From assembly GCA_964408285.1 (NCBI GenBank), contig CAYOYV010000008.1, positions 1 through 64,000 of the forward strand: a stretch of 64,000 nucleotides of DNA, in the 5' to 3' direction. The notes under the pieces were generated by a model that was given only the letters and a program-made list of their open reading frames with translations, made no database searches and was not told the origin of the DNA. The translations under genes were made by a program, and so were the position numbers. This document shows, piece by piece, positions 17,892 to 27,104 of the stretch (its first letter is position 1; every line of letters begins with the position of its first letter). The stretch comes from an uncultured Nitrososphaerota archaeon. GTDB lineage: Archaea; Thermoproteota; EX4484-205; JAAOZO01.

Positions 17892-19123
17892 CCCTCAAGA
17901 CCCTCTTAACGGGCAATGAAGCTGCTGCTTGGGCAGCGAGGCTCGCGGACGTTGATTACGTACCCGGCTACCCAATAACGCCCCAAACTGAGATAATAGA
18001 AACGCTCGCGCACTGGATTAGGGATGGCAAACTGAAGGCCAAATTCGTCACTATGGATTCGGAGCATTCGATGGTAACCGCCGCCGGTGCGGCTTCGGCC
18101 ACGGGAGCGCGAGTTTTCACGACAAGTTCCAGCCAAGGATTCCTCTATTCTTATGAAATGCTGTTCAATCTCTCCGGTTGGAGGGTCCCGGTTGTAATGG
18201 CAAACGTTTCGAGGGCCCTGTCAGCTCCCATAACGCTAGAACCAGATCACAACGACGTTCTGAGCGCAAGAGATGCCGGCTTCATCCAGATTCATTGTGA
18301 AACAGTGCAGGAGATACTCGACTCAATCCTTATGGCCTTCAGGATTTCAGAGGACGAAAGAATCCTGCTTCCTTCCATTGTAAACTTCGATGGATTCTAT
18401 CTATCTTTTACGAGGGAGATTGTAGATGTACCGGAGGAGAACGAAGTCAGGGAATTCCTGCCGCCATATGTTCCAAAACACGCGTTCATCAGTTCAAGAC
18501 AACCAATGGTCCAAGGGGCCGCGGTCTTAAACGCCTCCCTGTACTCATATTTCAGGTATCAGCTACACCTCGCCGCCGAGAACGCATTAACGGTCTATGG
18601 CGAAGTAGCGCAGGAATACCGAAGGAAGTTCGGGAGAGACTTGAGCCCGATTGAGAAATTTATGATGCGCGACGCAGAATACGCAATCGTGATGATTGGT
18701 AGCTTTGCCACCAAGGGAAAGAAGGCCGTGACATTAATGCGAGAAAAAGGAATGAAGGTTGGGCTAACAAAACTTCGTCTCCTGAGGCCCTTCCCTGCCC
18801 AAGAACTCATAGAAGCCCTTTCAGGACTCAAAGGAATCGCAGTGATAGACCAGAACATTTCTCCTGGAAAGGGAGGGGTGCTTTTCTCCGAACTGACTAG
18901 CGCTCTCTATAATCTAAAGCAAAAGCCAGTGGCATTGTCTTTCATAGGTGGCCTAGGAGGCAAGGACATAAGCCAAGCGGAATTCGAGTTTGCGTTGAAC
19001 AAGACCATCTCAACCGAAGAAGGAAAGCAGACTCTCCAAATGGCACCGATCCTTCTCTTCACGCAGACCGACGATGAGATTGTTAGACGAATGTTAGCGA
19101 TTGGTCATGGTGAGACCGAGTGA
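17888..19123 (+). CDS. porA: 2-oxoacid:ferredoxin oxidoreductase alpha subunit
   Basis: GNEAAA, YPITPQTEI, SEHS, TSSSQG, GGLGGKD. Confidence 0.92.
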   Translation: MTLKTLLTGNEAAAWAARLADVDYVPGYPITPQTEIIETLAHWIRDGKLKAKFVTMDSEHSMVTAAGAASATGARVFTTSSSQGFLYSYEMLFNLSGWRVPVVMANVSRALSAPITLEPDHNDVLSARDAGFIQIHCETVQEILDSILMAFRISEDERILLPSIVNFDGFYLSFTREIVDVPEENEVREFLPPYVPKHAFISSRQPMVQGAAVLNASLYSYFRYQLHLAAENALTVYGEVAQEYRRKFGRDLSPIEKFMMRDAEYAIVMIGSFATKGKKAVTLMREKGMKVGLTKLRLLRPFPAQELIEALSGLKGIAVIDQNISPGKGGVLFSELTSALYNLKQKPVALSFIGGLGGKDISQAEFEFALNKTISTEEGKQTLQMAPILLFTQTDDEIVRRMLAIGHGETE

Positions 19124-20058
19124 CCGCAAAGGAGAAGATCAAGATTAGAAGTCTTTCCGAGATACCGCAAGAGGAACACATCTCTTCTGGAACAATCTTC
19201 TGTCAGGGCTGTGGTGGCTTGCTCGCGGCTCGCCTCTTTCTTAAAGGGATAGGTTCAAACACGGTTATCGTTAATGCAGCGGGCTGTTTCACCCTCTCGG
19301 TCATCTACCCCTTCTCTCCTTTCGACGGCTCCTGGCTTTACGCGGCGATGGCATGTGCACCAGCTGGAGCCCAAGGGGTTCGAGACGCAATAGATATTTT
19401 GAAAGAGAAGGGAAGGAGAGACGCCAAAGATGATTTACAGGTGGTAGTTATCACTGGCGATGGCGCAGCAAGCTCAATAGGACTCCAGAGCACCCTCACC
19501 GCTATCCACAGGGGGCTGGATTTCTGGTATTTGTGCTATGACAATCAAGCCTTCATGAACACGGGAGCCCAGCAATCGGACACCACCCCGTTCTCCGCGG
19601 TAACTAGCACATCTAAGCCAACAGGCATGAAACCCATCGGCGTGGAGGAGGAAGCAATGGATCTCTTCTCCATCTGGAATTCCATGAAACCTCGCTACTT
19701 GGCGACCGTATCAATCTCTCACCCCATAGACTTCCTCAACAAAGTCCAAGCCGCCCACCGCTTAAATGGACCTAAACTCTTCATAGCGTTCTCGCCCTGC
19801 CCACCAGGTTGGGATTTCAATGCGTCTAGGACATTGAAATTGGCAAAGCTTGCCGTTGAGACTGGTGTATATCCGTTAAAAGAGTCGGTGAACGGCGAAG
19901 TACTTCATACCTACGTTCCAAAAAGGAGACTTCCTGTGGAGAAGTATCTTGAAACTCAAGGTAGATTCGAATACTTGTTTCATCCCGGTAGGAGGGAGAA
20001 CCTGATAAAACACATTCAGAAAAAGGTCAATGCCTACTGGGAATCTTTGGAGAAATAG
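19120..20058 (+). CDS. porB: 2-oxoacid:ferredoxin oxidoreductase beta subunit
   Basis: CQGCG, GDG TPP motif, YDNQAFMNTG, SPCPPGW. Confidence 0.92.
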   Translation: MTAKEKIKIRSLSEIPQEEHISSGTIFCQGCGGLLAARLFLKGIGSNTVIVNAAGCFTLSVIYPFSPFDGSWLYAAMACAPAGAQGVRDAIDILKEKGRRDAKDDLQVVVITGDGAASSIGLQSTLTAIHRGLDFWYLCYDNQAFMNTGAQQSDTTPFSAVTSTSKPTGMKPIGVEEEAMDLFSIWNSMKPRYLATVSISHPIDFLNKVQAAHRLNGPKLFIAFSPCPPGWDFNASRTLKLAKLAVETGVYPLKESVNGEVLHTYVPKRRLPVEKYLETQGRFEYLFHPGRRENLIKHIQKKVNAYWESLEK

Positions 20059-20193
20059 AAACCCGCAGAAGACAAATCTCTCGCAGCAGTATCTAGTGTA
20101 CAGTAATGAGGATGTGCAGAACAAGGTTCTGAAAGCTAAAACATCAAAACCCTTTTATGTTATGACCGCCTACTAGATACGGGAGCAAATATT

Positions 20194-21432
20194 TTGAAGT
20201 ATGAGAGGTTTTATTCCTCGAGAGAGGCCGTCATGAAGCCCTCCGAGGTCCGAGAACTTCTCCGGCTGACGATCGAGAAAGACGTCATTTCTTTTGGCGG
20301 CGGACTTCCGGATCCGAAACTTCTTCCCAAGGGCTTCGAACTCGAAGGCTTCTTTGAATATCTAAGTTCCGTGGATGAGGTAGCCTTTCAATATGGGACG
20401 ACTGAAGGCTTTCCAGAGCTGCGAGAGGAGGTGCTGAATTTCATGAGGTCTCATAGCGGCATAAGTGGCGACGTCGATAGCATCATAATAACAACTGGAA
20501 GCCAACAGGCTCTTGATATAAGTGCGAGGTTACTGCTGGATCGAAATGACCACGTTGTCGTTGAACTCCCGACATATCTCGCCGCGCTCCAAGCTTTCAA
20601 TCTGTCTGAACCTCGCTATGTAGGAGTAGCTGTAGATGACATGGGGATAAGAACAGACTTGCTCGAGACAAAGCTGAAACACCTCAAGTCACAAAACGTT
20701 CAATCGAAGTTCATCTACACCATCCCGAACTTCCAGAATCCGTCTGGCGTGACAATGAGCGAGGACAGGAGGAGACACCTTTTGGAACTTGCGTCGAGAT
20801 ATGACCTCTTGGTGATAGAGGATGATCCCTATCGATACATTTCATTCGATGAACGACCGAAGACCGCACTCAAGGCCTTGGACGCGGATGGCAGGGTGCT
20901 ATACCTTTCAACTTTTAGCAAGATAATCGCACCGGGCCTAAGAGTTGGTTGGGTGGTTGCAGACAAGGATCTCATTAACAAAATCGCTCTAGCCAAGCAA
21001 GGAATGGATCTGTGTACCTCGCCGCTGAATCAATACTTGGCGTTATGGTGCCTGAGAAACGGATTGGTCGAGAAGCGACTAAAGGTGATAAGTGAAGCTT
21101 ATAAGCGAAAGAGAGATCTCATGCTAAAAACGCTGGAAGATTCAATGCCCAAGGGCGTTAGGTGGACTCGGCCAGCAGGTGGAATGTTTGTCTTCGTCTG
21201 GCTTCCGGATGGAATGGATACGAAAGCAATGATGCGAAGGGCAATAACAGAATACAGGGTAGCATATGTTCCAGGACGATCCTTCTTTGTTGATGATTCT
21301 GGAAAGAATACCATGCGGCTGAATTTCACTTACGCGAATGAACCAGATATAAAAGAAGGCATAGGCAGACTCGGCAGATTGATAGAACAGGAATTAGAGC
21401 AGACGCTCATAACTAATATTCCTCAAGCCTAG
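20194..21432 (+). CDS. PLP-dependent class I aminotransferase (LysN/aromatic type)
   Basis: ISFGGGLPD, FQNPSG, EDDPY, TFSKIIAPGLRVGW, RLNF. Confidence 0.9.
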   Translation: MKYERFYSSREAVMKPSEVRELLRLTIEKDVISFGGGLPDPKLLPKGFELEGFFEYLSSVDEVAFQYGTTEGFPELREEVLNFMRSHSGISGDVDSIIITTGSQQALDISARLLLDRNDHVVVELPTYLAALQAFNLSEPRYVGVAVDDMGIRTDLLETKLKHLKSQNVQSKFIYTIPNFQNPSGVTMSEDRRRHLLELASRYDLLVIEDDPYRYISFDERPKTALKALDADGRVLYLSTFSKIIAPGLRVGWVVADKDLINKIALAKQGMDLCTSPLNQYLALWCLRNGLVEKRLKVISEAYKRKRDLMLKTLEDSMPKGVRWTRPAGGMFVFVWLPDGMDTKAMMRRAITEYRVAYVPGRSFFVDDSGKNTMRLNFTYANEPDIKEGIGRLGRLIEQELEQTLITNIPQA

Positions 21433-21594
21433 ACGCCACGGAAGTAGGCCGGTGGAAGAAGCTCGCGCCATGATAGCGCTCCATAGGTGTGTTTGCTCGA
21501 GCTTCTTCTGGGCTCTTTCCGAGGGACCATAGATTCTATCGGATCCTCTCCCGGTTTCAGAAAATATACTCCCTTCGTTATTCGATTGAGATAG

Positions 21595-21704
21595 CGGGCC
21601 CGAGGGGACTGTCAAGGGTTGAGGCCTTTTTGAACCCCTGATTTGCAGCTTAGGAGGTTCAGCGCTTAAGCTCTGCTGCCTTATCCATACTAGGCCACGA
21701 GCCC
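21595..21704 (-). tRNA. tRNA-Arg(CCT) with two introns (30/31: 21658-21672; 59/60: 21609-21628)
   Basis: GGGCTCG/CGGGCCC acceptor stem; GCAG|C-CTCCTAA-GCTGC; AGGGG-TTCAAA|T-CCCCT; BHB helices CAGC/GCTG and TTCA/TGAC. Confidence 0.9.
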
Positions 21705-21882
21705 GATTCGTTTTCGAGCCCTGCTGTATTTTAATCTTAGCAACGACTCCTTAGCATTCCTGCGTTCGTTCATCTTATGTTTTGAGCTAATCGAGTCATA
21801 CCACTGAACTTGAACTCTTGAAACTGGGCGGATCGATTGATGCGCCAGCGTTTCTGGCGAGAGTCAGACACTAGATCTCAAA

Positions 21883-22665
21883 TCAGAAGCGCTTAGGATT
21901 GGCCACCTGCCATCTTTCGATGGCCTCAAGAGCCCGGATGCCAAGGGCGAACGCCTCTCTAGCTTTCCTTGGGTCCTTCTCTATCTCTCCCCAATTCGTG
22001 ATCGCGTCAAAGAAGCTCCTTGCGTGTGATAGCTCTTGTGATTGTTCACAAGCATAACTTAGCATCTGATCTAGGGTCAATGAGAAGGCCCTCCCTGGAT
22101 CCTTTGTGAGGACGCACGAAAGCGCATATAGAAGGCCTTTCAAGCAAGTTCCAGTCAGTCTAACTAATCCCGATATCGAGGAATTCGGTTTATCAACAAA
22201 CTTCCCCAGAAGATCGAGTCTGTCTCTTCTCGCTTCTGACAAATACCGCCATTCTTGCTCAAGGTATTCGTGCAGCGAAGTCATCTGCATCGCTGGAACA
22301 GGAGCCCCGTGTAGTATTTCATATGTTCCGGGGACAGGTGGATTCCAACCTTCAATCCTTCTATCGGCAGGGAGAAAATAGACCTGAAATTGACTGACGC
22401 CGGCCTTCTTCGGATCCAATCGTCCGATGGCCTCTTGGAACCTGATCACGTATTCGAGCTTGGGGCTTTTCCTTTCCTCCAAGACCCTAGGTTCAACGTA
22501 TGCATGGATATCAATATCCGAGTAGTCTGGCACGAAGTCATGATTCTGCCCTGACCCTTTCAGGATTACACAAAGAAGATACTCCCCGAATATGCCCTTG
22601 CAGGCTTTTACTATATCCTTAATAGCTGCCCGCAATCTAGTTCGATGTAATCTTTTCATCTGCAT
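21883..22665 (-). CDS. Pol-beta-type nucleotidyltransferase domain protein with helical C-terminus
   Basis: LKGSG...YSDIDIH (hGS...DhD). Confidence 0.65.
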   Translation of the reverse strand: MQMKRLHRTRLRAAIKDIVKACKGIFGEYLLCVILKGSGQNHDFVPDYSDIDIHAYVEPRVLEERKSPKLEYVIRFQEAIGRLDPKKAGVSQFQVYFLPADRRIEGWNPPVPGTYEILHGAPVPAMQMTSLHEYLEQEWRYLSEARRDRLDLLGKFVDKPNSSISGLVRLTGTCLKGLLYALSCVLTKDPGRAFSLTLDQMLSYACEQSQELSHARSFFDAITNWGEIEKDPRKAREAFALGIRALEAIERWQVANPKRF

Positions 22666-22795
22666 TGTTTGTGTGTTGGCCTAATACTGATTTAACAATT
22701 GTGTCTGCGCGCATCACGAAATAGGAAAAAACAAGAAGGCTCGCGAAGACTACCTGATGCAGATCTACTGGGCGTCGCTGGCGCCGTAACAGAGG

Positions 22796-22891
22796 TGCGG
22801 AGGGCGCGATTTGAACGCACGTAGGCCTTTGCCACGAGATCTTAAGTCTCGCGCAGCGACTCGCGCTTTTTCCAGACTCAGCAACCTCCGC
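22796..22891 (-). tRNA. tRNA-Leu(TAA) with 12-nt intron at 30/31 (22848-22859)
   Basis: GCGGAGG/CCTCCGC acceptor stem, CGAG|A-CTTAAGA-TCTCG, long variable arm, BHB helix CGCG/CGCG. Confidence 0.9.
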
Positions 22892-22913
22892 ACGATTGCT
22901 TATTCTCAAGGGA

Positions 22914-23204
22914 TCAATCTTTAATCTTTTCTAATAGCGTGAGAGCGTTCCATATCCTAGTTCTTGAGAGCATTGGAAGATTCGTGTCTTGATTCGCTTC
23001 CTCAAGCAATTGGATTGCTCCGGCTGCCTTAACGCCGAAAGAGGCTCCTTCTTTTGTAAGGGCATCGTTTGCCTCTTTGACGAGCTTCTTCACGCTTTTT
23101 GGGGCGGCCAAATCAGCCTGAACTTGCTTGAGTGTCTCCACCACCTTCAAGATCGAGGCCTCGTATTCCTCCTTCCTTTTCTGGGCCTTCGTTTGTTTGC
23201 TCAA
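22914..23204 (-). CDS. UPF0147 family protein
   Basis: D...PKSVK...A...LEEANQDTNLPMLSRTRIWNALTLLE. Confidence 0.85.
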   Translation of the reverse strand: MSKQTKAQKRKEEYEASILKVVETLKQVQADLAAPKSVKKLVKEANDALTKEGASFGVKAAGAIQLLEEANQDTNLPMLSRTRIWNALTLLEKIKD

Positions 23205-23264
23205 GGTGGATCCCCCGCAAGATTTCTATATCACCACCTGACTTTTGGGAGGTATTAAAGGGTA

Positions 23265-23603
23265 ATGTCTGACGAAAAGATCAAAGAGATGGCAAACCTG
23301 TTAACATCAGGTGCCACCATGCTCGCAAAACCATGTCCGAAATGCGGGTCACCTCTCTTCAGGACAAAGGGAGGTGAGGTCTTATGCCCCTCATGTGGCT
23401 TCAAGCCGGATCTAAAAGAGGAGGAGAAAGAGCCCAGCAAAGCGCAAGTTGCAGAACAAACCAACGGACTGCAAATGGCCTTAAGAGGGAAACTGAGACT
23501 TCTGGTCGAGAAACTAAACGAAACCGAGGATCCACACGAAATAAAGGAGCTGGTTGACACAATAAAGGCGGTTCTGGACGTCATGAAACAGGCGACACAA
23601 TAG
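23265..23603 (+). CDS. UPF0148 / Sjogren autoantigen-1 family zinc-ribbon protein
   Basis: MANLLTSGATMLAKPCPKCGSPLF...CPSC. Confidence 0.85.
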   Translation: MSDEKIKEMANLLTSGATMLAKPCPKCGSPLFRTKGGEVLCPSCGFKPDLKEEEKEPSKAQVAEQTNGLQMALRGKLRLLVEKLNETEDPHEIKELVDTIKAVLDVMKQATQ

Positions 23604-23615
23604 AGCGACAGAAGG

Positions 23616-25898
23616 ATGCTTGGCGGGACATTTACTGGGTACGGAGGCTTTGTCGTGCATCCTCTCATCAAAGAGAAAACGATTCAGTGGAGAGATTATC
23701 AAATTGAGCTAGCTCAAGCGGCTCTCAGTGTCAATTCTCTGATAACACTACCAACCGGACTAGGCAAGACGGTAGTCGCAACACTAATCATTGCCGAGGA
23801 ACTGAGGTCAAACGAAGCTGGATGGATCCTTTTCCTAGCGCCGACCAAGCCTCTCTGCCTACAGCATTCTGAAACGCTCCGCCGAACGCTCAACCTTAAG
23901 GACGATGAAATAGAGCTCTGGACAGGGGAAATACCATCGGCGCAACGTCACACATCATTCCGCATTCTCGTTTGCACTCCTCAATTAATGTTCAACGAAC
24001 TTGCATCACAAAGGCTTTCACTTAAGGACCTCAACCTATTGGTACTCGATGAAGCCCATAGGGGAATAGGCGAGTACGCATATGTGCCGATCGTGCAGAT
24101 ATACGCGCAACAGAGGCATGACTACCATGTGGTGGGCTTTACGGCGTCACCGGGGAGTCCGGAACGCTTGGAAGAAATGGCGAACAGTCTCAGATTAGAA
24201 AAACTTCTGATAAAATCCGATGAAGACATGTCGGTCAGGAAATACATACAGAAGGTAACACCGCATCTGCTTCCCGTCCGACCTTCTCCATTCATGGCAG
24301 ATGCGAGGGCTCTTCTCGTTTCTCAACTTGAAGAGGAGCTTTCAAAACCTGGTATGAGGGAGCTAATTTCAACAAATAGACCCTCTTTCAGGCGCATTAC
24401 TGAGGTTATGGCTCAGATGAGTAAGAGGGCCGCCTCGGAACGGGACTACCGCCTGCTCCAGATAGTCAAGTCTTTGGCTTCCGCTAGGCGCATTCTCATG
24501 GCGCTTGAAAGGCTAGACCTAGGCGGCGCATCGCTCTTCCTCGACTTCATGGAATCACAACTGAGGAGATCGGAGAGAGGCGGTGCTCCGAAATCGTTGA
24601 AGCAGACGATGCGCTCCCAAAGGATAACCCAGGCCATTGAGCTCGCAAAAATGCAGGTGTCATTGGACCCTCCCAATCCTAAGCTTGAGATGTTAGAACA
24701 AATATTGAACAAGGAAGTCTCATCGAGAGGCAGGAAAGTGATAGTCTTCGTGAGTTATAGGCTCTCAGCGGACGAAATCGTGTCCTATCTCTCGAGAAGG
24801 GGACATATCCGGACAACCCTGTTGCTAGGCCAGAGAGCTTCTTCTGGATTTGGTGGGATGACGCAGAAGCAACAGCAAGCCGCAATAGACAAATTCAAGC
24901 GGGGAGGATGCGATGTGCTAATAGCAACACAAGTAGGAGAAGAAGGGCTCGATATATTCGGTGCTGACGCTATAGTCTTCTATGATAATACGCCTAGCGC
25001 TATTCGCTTTGTCCAGAGAATAGGGCGGACTGCTAGGTTCTTTCCTGGTGACGCGTATATATTATATTTCTCCGGAACTAGCGATGAGAGGTATCTGTGG
25101 ATAGCAAAGCGAAGGGAATCCTCGATGAAGAAACTGATAAAGGCAATTGCTGCCGACAGAAGGCCTCAGGCCGAGAAGAAAAAACCGAGGGGAGATCTTT
25201 CTGGATTCTTGGCAGAGGAAACAGAGCCGCAGAAAATAAGAATATTAGTAGACGAGCGTGAGCGCCAATCTAGTGTCACCCAAGAATTAACAAAAATGGG
25301 GGCCCTTCTAGAATTCAAAACGTTGCAAGTAGGCGATTACATTGTATCTGAGGACATAATAATTGAAAGAAAAACGACGAAGGACTTCTCGGTTTCGATA
25401 ATAGATGGAAGGCTCTTCTCTCAGGCATCACAAATGAGGGAGCTCTACACGCTGCCTGTAGTGTTGATAGAAGGCGAGAACCTGTTCGCGGTGGCGGGGA
25501 TACATCCGAACGCATTAAGAGGAGCAATAATCTCGCTTGTGGTCGATTTTCAGATTCCCGTGATCCAAGCCGGTTCGGCTGCCGAAACAGCCTCATATAT
25601 CTATAGAATAGCAGAGAGGGAGCAACTCGAGAAGAAGAAGTTCCCGCGTATAAGGGGGGAAAAGAAGCCACCAACCCTTAGGCAGATGCAGATATTCGTC
25701 GTGTCTGGGTTGCCCTTTGTGGAACGGACTACAGCGGAAAAACTGTTGGAGAAGTTCACGACTCCCATCAAGACATTCAATGCTTCGATAGCGGAACTCA
25801 TGGATGTCGAGGGGATAGGAAAGGTCAAAGCGTCAAAAATCAAAGAAGTGCTCGAGACGGAAACGCAGAAGCAGGAAGAGAAGGAATCAGATTCCTAG
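23616..25898 (+). CDS. hef: Hef: SF2 DEAH helicase fused to ERCC4/XPF nuclease and HhH (start possibly GTG ~23655)
   Basis: LPTGLGKT, DEAH, TASP, GEEGLD, QRIGRTAR; VDERE...GDY...ERKT...IIDGRLFSQ; GIGKVKA. Confidence 0.92.
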   Translation: MLGGTFTGYGGFVVHPLIKEKTIQWRDYQIELAQAALSVNSLITLPTGLGKTVVATLIIAEELRSNEAGWILFLAPTKPLCLQHSETLRRTLNLKDDEIELWTGEIPSAQRHTSFRILVCTPQLMFNELASQRLSLKDLNLLVLDEAHRGIGEYAYVPIVQIYAQQRHDYHVVGFTASPGSPERLEEMANSLRLEKLLIKSDEDMSVRKYIQKVTPHLLPVRPSPFMADARALLVSQLEEELSKPGMRELISTNRPSFRRITEVMAQMSKRAASERDYRLLQIVKSLASARRILMALERLDLGGASLFLDFMESQLRRSERGGAPKSLKQTMRSQRITQAIELAKMQVSLDPPNPKLEMLEQILNKEVSSRGRKVIVFVSYRLSADEIVSYLSRRGHIRTTLLLGQRASSGFGGMTQKQQQAAIDKFKRGGCDVLIATQVGEEGLDIFGADAIVFYDNTPSAIRFVQRIGRTARFFPGDAYILYFSGTSDERYLWIAKRRESSMKKLIKAIAADRRPQAEKKKPRGDLSGFLAEETEPQKIRILVDERERQSSVTQELTKMGALLEFKTLQVGDYIVSEDIIIERKTTKDFSVSIIDGRLFSQASQMRELYTLPVVLIEGENLFAVAGIHPNALRGAIISLVVDFQIPVIQAGSAAETASYIYRIAEREQLEKKKFPRIRGEKKPPTLRQMQIFVVSGLPFVERTTAEKLLEKFTTPIKTFNASIAELMDVEGIGKVKASKIKEVLETETQKQEEKESDS

Positions 25899-26492
25899 TC
25901 TAGCAAGTACTGTCTTTCTTACATTGGCAAGTATCTGTTGCCGATTTCCATTTCCATCGATCTGTACCAATTCAGCCTGTCTTACCATTCGCTGATAAGC
26001 GCGCCTTACCTCTGTCAAGAACTGGATTTTCTCAAAGATGGTGGGTTTTCTAGCCTTCCTCGTGGTGATCAGCCTTCTGATCGCTTCTTTTGGTTCTATG
26101 TCAATGTATAGACCCAAGTCCGGAGGTGGGATCCTATTGTTTATGATCCTCACCCATTTTTCATCATGAAGGGCTGTCCCTTGGTAAGCTATGGATGAAT
26201 GAACATACCTGTCAACTATCACATTGATTCCGTCCTGAACGATGGGCCATATTTCCGTTTCGAAATGAAACAGGCGGTCCGAGGCAAACATGAGGGCCAA
26301 AAACGCAGGGGAGGTCTTGAGGTCGCCCCTCAAAATCTTGTGCGGTATGCTTCCGACTCTTGTGTAGGTTGGTTCAAAGGTGTAATGAACGGGTATGCCT
26401 TGCTTCCTCATGACGTGATAAAGCAGATCGGAAATCGTCGTCTTCCCGCTGCCGTCTATTCCTTCGAAAGCGATTATCTTTCCTCTCTTCAT
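25887..26492 (-). CDS. tmk: Thymidylate kinase
   Basis: FEGIDGSGKTT, EP, DRYVHSSIAYQ. Confidence 0.93.
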   Translation of the reverse strand: MKRGKIIAFEGIDGSGKTTISDLLYHVMRKQGIPVHYTFEPTYTRVGSIPHKILRGDLKTSPAFLALMFASDRLFHFETEIWPIVQDGINVIVDRYVHSSIAYQGTALHDEKWVRIINNRIPPPDLGLYIDIEPKEAIRRLITTRKARKPTIFEKIQFLTEVRRAYQRMVRQAELVQIDGNGNRQQILANVRKTVLARLGI

Positions 26493-26696
26493 CTAGAAGA
26501 AGTAAGTTCAAAAAGCATTATTAAGCTTGGATGTCGCCGGGCATCGGCGCGCACTATGCGAACATAAACCGTGGCGAAGGGCAAACGCAGCTATCTTATC
26601 CTAGAGGTCGTCCAGAGAACGACCATAATGACATAGGGTATGGCCCCGAAGGGGCGTAACGCTCTTCTGAACATCCATTCAGCCGGGAGGCCCCTA

Positions 26697-27104
26697 TTAT
26701 CGACCAGTGGGTTCGCAGATCGTACCGGTATAAGCATCGACATCGAGAAACTGCCCATTATCTATCGACTTCCATGTGCCCTCATCTAATATCAGAAGGG
26801 GGATCTTTGCAAGAACGCAACCGGTAGCAGTTATCATGTCGAACTCCTTGCAGAGAATCGCAGAAGGAGCCGTATCAGCTTTCCTCATGGAATACAATAC
26901 ATAACTGCCAACTGTGCTTCCCTTGCTGGAGGGAATAGCTAGGACCTTCTCCCTCACATTCTCTCCAAATAGCGGGTGTGCCTCATCGGATATTAGTCCG
27001 GTTTTCGGGTCTATCCCTCCAAGAAACGATATAGGCGAATCAGATTTCAATACTTTACCACTGCCCTTGCCCTTGACCACGATCTTGATTTTGGGATTGA
27101 TCAT
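26697..27104 (-). CDS. Aconitase X small/swivel subunit (DUF126; phosphomevalonate dehydratase small subunit)
   Basis: ISFLGGIDPKTG, KGSTVGSYVLY. Confidence 0.9.
   Translation of the reverse strand: MINPKIKIVVKGKGSGKVLKSDSPISFLGGIDPKTGLISDEAHPLFGENVREKVLAIPSSKGSTVGSYVLYSMRKADTAPSAILCKEFDMITATGCVLAKIPLLILDEGTWKSIDNGQFLDVDAYTGTICEPTGR

Noticed and set aside
26640-26690. RNase P RNA or SRP RNA call
   Set aside because: No GAGGAAA-type CR-I or P4 partner and no SRP helix-8 motif; kept only as a generic ncRNA candidate.
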